From positions 1-64,000 of the forward strand of contig JASFYY010000093.1 of NCBI GenBank assembly GCA_045046875.1: 64,000 bases of DNA. The letters run 5' to 3'. Position numbers and translations under genes: made by a program. The notes below the pieces were generated by a model. That model was not told the DNA's origin. It saw only the letters and a list, made by a program, of their open reading frames with translations, and did no database searches. The DNA is from Verrucomicrobiota bacterium. GTDB taxonomy: Bacteria > Verrucomicrobiota > Verrucomicrobiia > Verrucomicrobiales > DEV007. Shown here one piece after another: positions 11,179 to 19,441 of the stretch; positions within the stretch are counted from its first letter, which is position 1; every line of letters starts with the position of its first letter.

Positions 11179-11886
11179 CTACTTACCTGTCCCCTTGATC
11201 TTGAACCGATCGTAGAGCATCTCTTTTTTCGAAGTTGTCAGATTCACCTGATCAAACGCCTGATGAGCAAAACCCTCGGACTGAAAACGCCCCGCTTTTT
11301 TGCCATCAACAAAAACTTCCATCACATCACCTTGAATTCGAATCAACAAATCGTGCCATTTGTTCTCATTCAACTCAAGCTTCACCTGCTGTTGTTTGCT
11401 CTTCAGCAGTTCTTTTGTTGCTTCGTCTAAAGTGCCCGCCTTACGTGCATCATAGATTTCATTTTTAAATATCCCTGTTTTGGTATCATACAAAGTCACC
11501 ATATTCGCCTGCACTGCCACATGACAGATATGCCCGGCATGAGTTCCCTTATAAGCTTTATCACGATACATCACCGAAAATCGCTTGGAGCCATTAAACT
11601 TAAATGAAACGGCCACTTCAAGATCCGCACGAGGTTCGAAACGAATGGTATTCACCGAAGGGTGATCCGCATCATCCGGCGTAATCCCCACCATCACCCC
11701 GTCGCGAACCGTCGATGCGCTTTTATACATCCCCCACTTTTTATTCAAGCTTTCACCTGAGAATTCGTCTTCAAAAATAGTCGTGCGGTAAATGCCCGGA
11801 TCAATGTCCTTATCCGCAGCAAACAAGCTAATAAGCGCCGCTTGCCCAAAGGTGATCACAAAAGTAATAAGAAGAATTTTTTTCAT
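11179..11886 (-). CDS. Secreted beta-sandwich protein (concanavalin/DUF1080-like), hypothetical
   Basis: Signal peptide from ATG 11886; IFEDEFSG, KWHDLLIRIQGDVMEVFVDGK and C-terminal YDRFKI pattern typical of LamG/DUF1080-like folds. Confidence 0.65.
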   Translation of the reverse strand: MKKILLITFVITFGQAALISLFAADKDIDPGIYRTTIFEDEFSGESLNKKWGMYKSASTVRDGVMVGITPDDADHPSVNTIRFEPRADLEVAVSFKFNGSKRFSVMYRDKAYKGTHAGHICHVAVQANMVTLYDTKTGIFKNEIYDARKAGTLDEATKELLKSKQQQVKLELNENKWHDLLIRIQGDVMEVFVDGKKAGRFQSEGFAHQAFDQVNLTTSKKEMLYDRFKIKGTGK

Positions 11887-11947
11887 AGTCAAAAAAATTA
11901 AGAACGAACAAGCATACACTTTAATAGGCTCACACCACCTTCTTTTT

Positions 11948-14026
11948 CTAATCTCCTGGTAATTCTATTTCAGCTACTTCCTCTATCTCTTCCAATCTTT
12001 TCCCCACCGAAAGGCAGGCCAGAAAACGGTCTGCCTGATCGCGATCGTTCAAACACATTTTGCCCCGACAAAAAAGCCCTTTTGCATCCAGCTCCACCCC
12101 GTCTCCATCAGAAAACTGCGTATTTTTCACGATCTCAAATTTAATCGAATGACCAGGCGCCACCCTTTTGGCCAACTCCAAAGTCAAACGCCCCATGGTG
12201 TAACGCGGATTGACTTCGCAAAGCTGCCGTAAAACCAAACCACCTGATTCATCTCGATAGACAAAAGCATCGATTCCCACCGGTCCTCGATAGGAAACGG
12301 CCCGCAACTGTGATTCAATCAAATTCACCAAAGCTCCCCCCTCTTCATAGACCGGCAATGCGTGCTGCATCAAAAAACGCGCCAATTCCGTCGTCATTCC
12401 CTGACAAAACTTGGTTGCGGCAATGCAAGCCTTGAACTGCCCGCGCAAATCATTCTGCAAACGAATCAATCCTAATTTTCGCAATCCCTTGTCCTCCATC
12501 TGATACTGAACAGAAAAATCCAATACCCTTGTTACCCAAGGCTCCGCCAGCAGTTGCCCCTGACTTTCTATTGCACGCTCAAGCTGACGACGAAGCTTGC
12601 CCTCAAGCAGCTCCCCACTCTTAAGTAAAATCAAACCTCGTCCAGATGCTCCAAAGGGTTTTTTAAAAACCACCTCATTCGCTCCCTGCAGCTGCAAACT
12701 TTCCACCGCCGCATCCACCTCTTCCATTGACTGGCACTTCTTTGCTACCATCGAATCCCCCAACCTTACAGCCAGGTCCGCACCAAAGGATTTACTGAAC
12801 AAAGCACGGATACCATCATTCCAAACCTCGCTGCTTTGTTTTCTTTTGCCGGGTAGATTCCCCGACAAGTCCGCCATCAAATCTGCCGAGGGAGCACACC
12901 AGGCCCAGGGTCGTAGATCGTTGATCTTCCTTTCCCGCAAGAAACTATTCGCGCCGATCGACCCCGTTTCATCTAACAACTCAATTTCCGGCAGTTCAAA
13001 CCCCGCCGCCCTCAATCGCTGCAAATATTTTCTCGTGGGGAGGTTTTGCACCAAAACCACATCATCCCGACGCGCAAGAAAAAAGGCCAACACTTCCAAG
13101 TCGTTCACCAGGCCTTGCATCACTTTTGGCCGATGATACGATTTGCTGTCAACATCACTACTCATCGCATCCTCGGCATCGGGACAAAAGTAGAACACAT
13201 TGGGTGTCCGCCCCACTGAGCGCTCGAACACCTCAAGCTCACTGATAAACTCGTCATCCAAACCTGCCTCCAAACGTCCCTGTCGGTTGATTTTCGAACC
13301 ATTGCCCTTGGCCCGACGCGGTGATAAAGGAAAAGACAAACCTCGCTTGAATGCAGTCCAGTCATCCTCGTCCGCCTTTTTCCAACGCCGGAACCACTGC
13401 AAACCGTAATTCACATGACGAATTTCATCTTTGTAAATCTGTTGCAGGATCGCCGCCGACTTGTCATCACCCGCGTTTTTCATGATCTGCGAGTATTGCA
13501 AAGAATAATCCAAGTTGGCCTGTTCAAAGGTCAGGCTCAAACGTGTCACATAATCCATCGGCGTCTGCATCGTCGCCACCATGTCCCAAAAATACCGGCT
13601 GACCGGAAAGTCTCCAAACTTCACCCCGCAGGCCTTCATCCGTTCGATATACCATTTGGTGTGGCGCTGCTCCTCTTTCAAGGTGCGCAATACCCCGCGT
13701 CGAAATTCAGCCGGAGCATCAGGAAATTTCAACAACACCAAAGCCATCAACTCCGTCGCCAGCAATTCGTGGTTGGCAAAAAAGTGCAATAAACGACCAC
13801 GCTCTTCATCGTTGCCCATCTCGAAAATACTCGGTCGCGCCAAACTATGCTCGCCCCCTTTGTCCCGCATCTTCAAATCCAATGGCCGCCCCGGCTCCAC
13901 CGACGCCCCGATCGCCTGACCTCTCTCATCATCAAGCAAAGCCGCCACATCAACGAACTCCAGCTTCTCCTCCAAGCTCTCCGTCAACAAAACCCGCTTC
14001 GCAAATTCATTGACCTTGATCATCAT
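11948..14026 (-). CDS. Ferritin-like diiron (DUF455-type) domain fused to an ATP-grasp domain
   Basis: N-half: FANHE, KEEQRH, TFEQANLD, KDEIRH. C-half: VFKKPFGASGRG, LAEPW...DFSVQ, YRGPVGIDAF, LCEVNPRYTMG. Start ATG overlaps the upstream TGA (ATGA). Confidence 0.85.
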   Translation of the reverse strand: MMIKVNEFAKRVLLTESLEEKLEFVDVAALLDDERGQAIGASVEPGRPLDLKMRDKGGEHSLARPSIFEMGNDEERGRLLHFFANHELLATELMALVLLKFPDAPAEFRRGVLRTLKEEQRHTKWYIERMKACGVKFGDFPVSRYFWDMVATMQTPMDYVTRLSLTFEQANLDYSLQYSQIMKNAGDDKSAAILQQIYKDEIRHVNYGLQWFRRWKKADEDDWTAFKRGLSFPLSPRRAKGNGSKINRQGRLEAGLDDEFISELEVFERSVGRTPNVFYFCPDAEDAMSSDVDSKSYHRPKVMQGLVNDLEVLAFFLARRDDVVLVQNLPTRKYLQRLRAAGFELPEIELLDETGSIGANSFLRERKINDLRPWAWCAPSADLMADLSGNLPGKRKQSSEVWNDGIRALFSKSFGADLAVRLGDSMVAKKCQSMEEVDAAVESLQLQGANEVVFKKPFGASGRGLILLKSGELLEGKLRRQLERAIESQGQLLAEPWVTRVLDFSVQYQMEDKGLRKLGLIRLQNDLRGQFKACIAATKFCQGMTTELARFLMQHALPVYEEGGALVNLIESQLRAVSYRGPVGIDAFVYRDESGGLVLRQLCEVNPRYTMGRLTLELAKRVAPGHSIKFEIVKNTQFSDGDGVELDAKGLFCRGKMCLNDRDQADRFLACLSVGKRLEEIEEVAEIELPGD

Positions 14027-15600
14027 TCTCTCAACCTCTGAACCGTATAACACAACATACCATGGCTCAGGGAGGTGCCGTCCGCTGCTTTCAATCCTCC
14101 CAAATCCAATTGATAAATTTTACGCGCCAACACACTACCAAGGTCAATGTTTACCGTTTTGCCATCCTCGGAAACCTTGACCGCCCTGGGCACCACCGGA
14201 GTCACGCCCATCTGTGGACTGCCATAACGTTGACTGAATTCGTAATAATAATGCGAAAACTGATACTCAGAAATTTTCTCCGCCTGTTCTTTATTCACCG
14301 GCTTGGTGAATGACAATTCAAAACCCGTTTTGCTCAGGCTCATTTTTTCCACCGCAAAAGGCACCTCTCCACTATAAGTCACCCGCTTCAAACCTTCCGC
14401 CGGACGCCCCCATCCCCGATAGGTCTGCCCCACATACAGGCTCTTACCATCCGGGCTCAAACACAGCCGGTTGTTGCCACCGCCCAAAACATCACCCTCA
14501 ATCAAAGTGGTGGCCGCCCCTTGATACTCACCACCAACTTTCTCCAACATGATGCGCAGAATACGTTGCCCAGCGATGTCGCCGACAAACATCTGTCCGG
14601 CAAAAGGCCCGAAGGCTCCGTCCGAAGTATCAAAAATCGGCTCACTGGCCGAATTACACATGAAACCCTGCGGCAATAAAACTGCAGGCAGAGTTCTCAT
14701 CTCATCCACTTCAGCAATGTGATCCACCGCCCATGCCAAGGGATCCGGATGCTCTTTAACAAAATTCGTATCCCACACCAATGACGTTGGGTGTCCGTAA
14801 AATTTGCCCTCTTGCACATGATAAATCGGCGTCACCGGTTTCCAGTCACCCTGGTTATCAGTGACAAACAAATCCCCCGCTGGGCTCATCGTAATCCCAT
14901 TGGCCTGGCGAAACCCGCTCGCCCAGGGCTTGAGCTCCCCCTTGGCATTGATCTTAACCACCCAGCCTTTCCACGGCACCGACATGTTATTTCTCCCTCG
15001 TCGTCCAGCTACAGAAAAACGCCCGCGCACCAGATCAAACGTCGGCCCCGAGTGGGATGCGGATCCCAAAGCGACAAACCAATTGCCCTTGCCATCCGCA
15101 ATCGGACCCGAATTGGTTTCGTGATAATTTCCCGATACCCCCCAGGCGGTCGACACCGCTTCACTCACATCCGCTTTACCGTCGCCATCCGTGTCTCGCA
15201 GTCGTGTCAGCTCCGGCATTTGAGGAATCAACAGAGCGCCTGATTTTTCCACCAGAACCCCCAGCGCGTTATGCATCTGAACGGCAGAAAAAGTCCTCCA
15301 CTCGAAAGCCCGGGCATCTTGCGCAGGTTTTCCGATCACCACACCGGTTCTTCTGGAAACCACTACCAATTCCCCCGCTTGGTTAAAAGCCAGCCCCCCG
15401 ATCCCATGACCGGCGCCGTCCGGCAATTTAACCTCCTCAATCTGATAAGAAGGTTTCACCTGCAATTCCCCCTTTGTTACTATCGGCTCCTCCTCAGCGG
15501 CACTTGCAGAAATTGCCACTACAGCCAACCATCCCAGACAACTGGCAGCGGGTAACACCATCCATGCCTTCTTGGCACTAACTATTTTTTTAAACGCCAT
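14023..15600 (-). CDS. Secreted glucose/sorbosone-dehydrogenase-like beta-propeller (DUF7133-like)
   Basis: Signal peptide from ATG 15600; ELTRLRDTDGDGKAD, WGVSGNYHE, ASGFRQANG, VTDNQGDW, GPFAGQMFVGD, YYYEFSQRYGSPQ. Confidence 0.8.
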   Translation of the reverse strand: MAFKKIVSAKKAWMVLPAASCLGWLAVVAISASAAEEEPIVTKGELQVKPSYQIEEVKLPDGAGHGIGGLAFNQAGELVVVSRRTGVVIGKPAQDARAFEWRTFSAVQMHNALGVLVEKSGALLIPQMPELTRLRDTDGDGKADVSEAVSTAWGVSGNYHETNSGPIADGKGNWFVALGSASHSGPTFDLVRGRFSVAGRRGRNNMSVPWKGWVVKINAKGELKPWASGFRQANGITMSPAGDLFVTDNQGDWKPVTPIYHVQEGKFYGHPTSLVWDTNFVKEHPDPLAWAVDHIAEVDEMRTLPAVLLPQGFMCNSASEPIFDTSDGAFGPFAGQMFVGDIAGQRILRIMLEKVGGEYQGAATTLIEGDVLGGGNNRLCLSPDGKSLYVGQTYRGWGRPAEGLKRVTYSGEVPFAVEKMSLSKTGFELSFTKPVNKEQAEKISEYQFSHYYYEFSQRYGSPQMGVTPVVPRAVKVSEDGKTVNIDLGSVLARKIYQLDLGGLKAADGTSLSHGMLCYTVQRLRE

Positions 15601-15613
15601 AGTCACCTTTTGA

Positions 15614-17302
15614 TTATTTTTTTCTCGCAGCCAACACCATTTGCAAATGATCAGCCCCGCCGTTGACGGCTTCAAAACGATAGTTCCCCGCAGGGAACAA
15701 TGCACTCCACACCCGGTAGAAGCGCTTACCACTCACCGGCACGCGCAGCCCGGAATCTTTAAACTGATCGCTCAAACCCTCGGGGCGCCCCTCGATCTTG
15801 CCATCCACCAATAAAAAAATACCCGCTTCGGTTTTGAGTTCTATTTCATAAAACACCGGGTCCTTGGCCAAACGATCCGCTTGACTGGTCTGCACCCAAT
15901 CCGCTCCTTGCATTTCAAGTGGCACACTGCCGATCAACTCTTCGCTATCCACATAAGCTTTCATCCCGCGCTGCAAGGCCTGTTTTTTAAGTTGCAAGGC
16001 AACTCCACCAGCACCCGACCGCTTGACCTGTCCGATCACATTGCCCACCTTGGGCAAGTCCGGAGCAATGGGAATCACGGTCTCCGCCGCTGTCAGTATC
16101 AAAATGAAATCCTTCTCAGCTCCGCTATTGATGGTCAACACATTGCCCGCCCACTTGCCATCTTTCGTCTGTATTCGGGATTTCATCTTTTCATCAAATC
16201 CCAACATCACGCCCGCCGGAGCATGTTTGATCGAAAAATGCCACCGGATTTCGCCCGCTTGTTCACCCGGTGCAATCGATTCCGCCACCAACACGCTGCC
16301 CACACTATAAAGAAATTCAGGCACTCCTTTTTCATCCAATTGAAACCCCTTGTATTGCGGTTGACCAAATACTCCCGGAGTCAGTGCCAGAGGTGATTCC
16401 CCTTCGGAGAGAAATACCAGACGCCCCTGCAAACGCGGCACATAATCAAAACTCTTGCGTCGATCCCCAGTGCCCGCCCCCCAATAACTTTCCATGTTCA
16501 AAAAACCCTCGCGCCAGGCATACATCAGGCGACACTCCACGGTATCCCAACACAGTGACAACTGCTGACCAAAATTGACTCCCACTGCCGCCGGAAAACC
16601 TATATCCGTATCGATATAACCATCCGCATCATGCCCCGTATTCGGGCTGTAGGTCGGAGTGGACTTTCCTCTGCGATGATTCGGGAAAACCGAACGCACT
16701 CGAATAGGGTTCGGCATGAAAGTCCGCATTACCAAAGGCTGCTCAATACTGCCCAGTGGAAGCGTGGTCAGACCACTGCCGTCGTTGGGAGGCCCGTCTT
16801 GTTTTTTAACTTTTGCCACTTTGCGCCGCAACGGCTTTTTCAATTCCGCCCCGGCCGCCACCACCTTCATCACTCCTTGCATGATATTACCATGCCCGGG
16901 AAAGGTGCAGACAAATGGATAAATGCCCACTTCTGTGGGAGCCACAAACTTCACCATCATTTTCTGCCCCGCTTCCATCAATCCCACACTTGCCAGAATC
17001 AATCCGCTATCAGGCACATAACCGTTGGTATAACCATCAGCGCCCATTGCCATGGCGGCATTCACCACCTCCATCGCTTTGCCGGGCTGGGTGAAAAGTA
17101 AATTATGAGGCATCAGACCATTGTTATCAAGAGTCACTTCCATCGAGCTGCCCGCCGTCACTTCAAACTCGATCACATCATAGCGTAGTTGCCCGGGCAC
17201 TACCCCAATCGTGATCACATAGTTTTCGGCCGCCGCCATTTCCTTAAAAGGAAAAACCACCGCACCGACCAAAAAACAGAAAAGTATAAATTGCCGTAAC
17301 AT
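15614..17302 (-). CDS. Azurin/auracyanin-like blue-copper domain fused to DUF6797-like and C-terminal beta domains
   Basis: Signal peptide from ATG 17302; type-1 Cu ligands MPHN and CTFPGHGNIM; central CWDTVECRLMYAWREGFL. Confidence 0.8.
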   Translation of the reverse strand: MLRQFILFCFLVGAVVFPFKEMAAAENYVITIGVVPGQLRYDVIEFEVTAGSSMEVTLDNNGLMPHNLLFTQPGKAMEVVNAAMAMGADGYTNGYVPDSGLILASVGLMEAGQKMMVKFVAPTEVGIYPFVCTFPGHGNIMQGVMKVVAAGAELKKPLRRKVAKVKKQDGPPNDGSGLTTLPLGSIEQPLVMRTFMPNPIRVRSVFPNHRRGKSTPTYSPNTGHDADGYIDTDIGFPAAVGVNFGQQLSLCWDTVECRLMYAWREGFLNMESYWGAGTGDRRKSFDYVPRLQGRLVFLSEGESPLALTPGVFGQPQYKGFQLDEKGVPEFLYSVGSVLVAESIAPGEQAGEIRWHFSIKHAPAGVMLGFDEKMKSRIQTKDGKWAGNVLTINSGAEKDFILILTAAETVIPIAPDLPKVGNVIGQVKRSGAGGVALQLKKQALQRGMKAYVDSEELIGSVPLEMQGADWVQTSQADRLAKDPVFYEIELKTEAGIFLLVDGKIEGRPEGLSDQFKDSGLRVPVSGKRFYRVWSALFPAGNYRFEAVNGGADHLQMVLAARKK

Positions 17303-17384
17303 CAAGCGAAATGGATCACAGAGAGCTTGCACGCGCAACGAAGTTTTATCCTTTTCCGCCAACCGCACAGCCCACGGTACATGC

Positions 17385-17410
17385 AAACGCCCGACCCGAA
17401 GGTCGGACGT
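17385..17410 (-). terminator. Hairpin terminator after the OM beta-barrel gene
   Basis: Minus strand ACGTCCGACC-TTCG-GGTCGGGCGT then TT; cUUCGg tetraloop, short U tail. Confidence 0.6.
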
Positions 17411-17451
17411 CGCTCCCTTGGGGGCACTATTTCTCCCAACTCAGAACCCCT

Positions 17452-18153
17452 TCAGAAATGGAATCGCGCTCCTAACAAGAGCCCACTGTTATTGTAGGAA
17501 TCTCCGTCCAAACGCTGTGAACTACCGCCAGCCGAACGACTCAGCTCCGGATCCACCGCCTGGAAAAACCGGTATTCCGTATACAGCTCGAAGTTATTCA
17601 CCACTTCGTATGATACCCCGGCAAAAACCTGCCAGGCAAAAACCGTATCTTTTTCATTCACCCGGGCCGATCCGTAGCCGAAATCAGCATCAACTCCTGC
17701 AAATCCAATGCCTCCACCAGCATAGAGGCTCAAGCGGTCCGTCAACGGCATGTCCTTCGCCACATTGAACATCACTGACCAGGCACTCAGATCCCCATCG
17801 GCTTTATTCCTATTACCGTTGATTCTGACTGAACTCACATCATTGGAGCGGTAAGCCCCCTCCACTTCGAACCTCAATCCTCCCATCACCGGAACTTCAT
17901 AGCCCAATGCCCCACCAACCACATAACCCGCATCCAGGTCAGCGTCGACTTTGACTCCTGATCCACGTGCAGAAAAATCATCTGCCCAATTCCAACCCCC
18001 AAATCCCGTCAGGTAAAAGCTTGAAGCTTCTGCTTGTGAATACACCGCTGGCGCCGGTGGTTCCCCCGCTTGCACGCTCGCACCTATCAACGTAAAAGCG
18101 GCAATGCCCGTAGCCATAGCCGCAAATCTCTTGCTGTATTTAGTTATTTTCAT
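17452..18153 (-). CDS. Eight-stranded outer-membrane beta-barrel (OmpA-like/opacity porin family)
   Basis: Signal peptide; FYLTGFGG, LRFEVEGAYR, YAGGGIG, FAWQVFAGVSY, EYRF; C-terminal Phe (GARFHF). Confidence 0.9.
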   Translation of the reverse strand: MKITKYSKRFAAMATGIAAFTLIGASVQAGEPPAPAVYSQAEASSFYLTGFGGWNWADDFSARGSGVKVDADLDAGYVVGGALGYEVPVMGGLRFEVEGAYRSNDVSSVRINGNRNKADGDLSAWSVMFNVAKDMPLTDRLSLYAGGGIGFAGVDADFGYGSARVNEKDTVFAWQVFAGVSYEVVNNFELYTEYRFFQAVDPELSRSAGGSSQRLDGDSYNNSGLLLGARFHF

Positions 18154-18276
18154 TTTGATATTTTTTTAGTTAGAAACAGAATTGGGATTACATCATCGAC
18201 GCCCTGCCAAAGTATTCCTTACAGAATAAATTTAAAAGACATGGTCATTCCCCAAAATAGCCCTGCCATTAAATGC

Positions 18277-18306
18277 AAAACAGGCCATCAATAAAGATGG
18301 CCTGTT
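18277..18306 (-). terminator. Intrinsic terminator
   Basis: 11-bp perfect stem aacaggccatc/gatggcctgtt with a T run on the minus strand. Confidence 0.75.
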
Positions 18307-18348
18307 CTCTTAAACGGATAACAGTTTCAAATTTTAAAAACGAGTGCT

Positions 18349-18696
18349 TTAGTCGTGATGAATTCTGACTACTTTGTGAATTCTCGCAGTATGCCCTTTA
18401 TAAGCAAGCTGCAACCAGCGTTCACTGCCACGTGCCACAACCACATGAGCCCCTGCGTGATCATGTGCTCCATGAGCTAGATCCTCTAAAGTCTGGTGCA
18501 AATACACGTAATATTGATGGTGGCCGTGAGCAACCTTCACTTTATACGTATGACCACCATGACCGTCGTGCCCAGATTCGCCATAATAGGCGTGAAGAGT
18601 CACATCAATGGTGTAGGTATTATCATCTGCTTGCGAGGCCTGTGGCAATAAAACCACAAGCGCTAAACTTAATAATGAGAGGGAGAGTATTTTCAT
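18349..18696 (-). CDS. Small secreted His-rich protein
   Basis: Signal peptide ending ASQA; 16 His in the 92-aa mature chain; followed by its own terminator. Confidence 0.75.
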   Translation of the reverse strand: MKILSLSLLSLALVVLLPQASQADDNTYTIDVTLHAYYGESGHDGHGGHTYKVKVAHGHHQYYVYLHQTLEDLAHGAHDHAGAHVVVARGSERWLQLAYKGHTARIHKVVRIHHD

Positions 18697-18793
18697 AATT
18701 ACTTATATATTTATTTTTTTCTAAATTTGTCAAGTTGTTACCCCTTATGGAGGATAAAAAATTGGATCTTTAAGCTGAACCGGGCCACGACAC

Positions 18794-18839
18794 AAAAAAG
18801 CGCACCTTCTTGTGTTAAACTAACAAAAAGGTGCGGCTT
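18794..18839 (-). terminator. Intrinsic terminator
   Basis: cgcaccttcttgt/acaaaaaggtgcg stem; A6 on plus gives a U tail on minus. Confidence 0.7.
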
Positions 18840-18847
18840 CCGAGGTT

Positions 18848-19206
18848 TTAATGCCCCCTGTATGATCCATGCCTTAAGCCATTCCTCGATCCATGAGAAC
18901 GCCCATGCCCTGACCCATAACTGGAATACCCATGTCGAGAAGAACTTGGATATCCGTGTCTATTGCCATGCCCATAAGTGGTGTACGAGCTGTGACCAGA
19001 CGAGCCGTGCCCGTTATTATAATAGCTCCCATGACCCGCCGAGCGATGCCCTGAATTCACACTAACGTAAACCCCTACATTTACACTGCGATGCCCTCCA
19101 TGAGGCACTCCCGCTTTGGCTTTTGAGCTAAGAGCAAAGAGCAAAGAGCAAAGCTGGATACAACTACGACGGCGACGATTAACAGACTGTTTTTAATTTT
19201 CTTCAT
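18848..19206 (-). pseudogene. Secreted Gly/His/Ser/Tyr-rich protein frameshifted by a 7-nt tandem repeat (pseudogene or phase-OFF allele)
   Basis: ATG 19206 gives MKKIKNSLLIVAVVVVSSFAL, which is out of frame with the His-rich body; 1 or 4 GAGCAAA units (3 present) restores the frame and an AKA cleavage site. Confidence 0.75.
19125..19152. repeat. Heptamer tandem repeat GAGCTAA(GAGCAAA)3
   Basis: Read directly from the sequence. Confidence 0.95.
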
Positions 19207-19441
19207 TTCCATTGATAGTTTTTTGTTCAGCTAATTCGACCTAGCTCAGCATATTTTATTCACCTCATTATGTATTATAAAATAATAAAACATAAGAATA
19301 CATCTATCCTGAAATGTTATCCTGATGAGAATCTCCCCCCATTTCACAATGACCTAACACCGACCATCAACAGGAAACGAGATAGCCTTGGCCCCGTTTT
19401 ACGGGTTTCATTGTTATAGAAGCAACCATTTACGGCTAAGC

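Noticed and set aside
18349..19206. His-rich proteins as RiPP precursors for the diiron/ATP-grasp enzyme
   Set aside because: They are more than 4 kb away, separated by terminators, and have Sec signals with no leader/core pattern; no positive evidence
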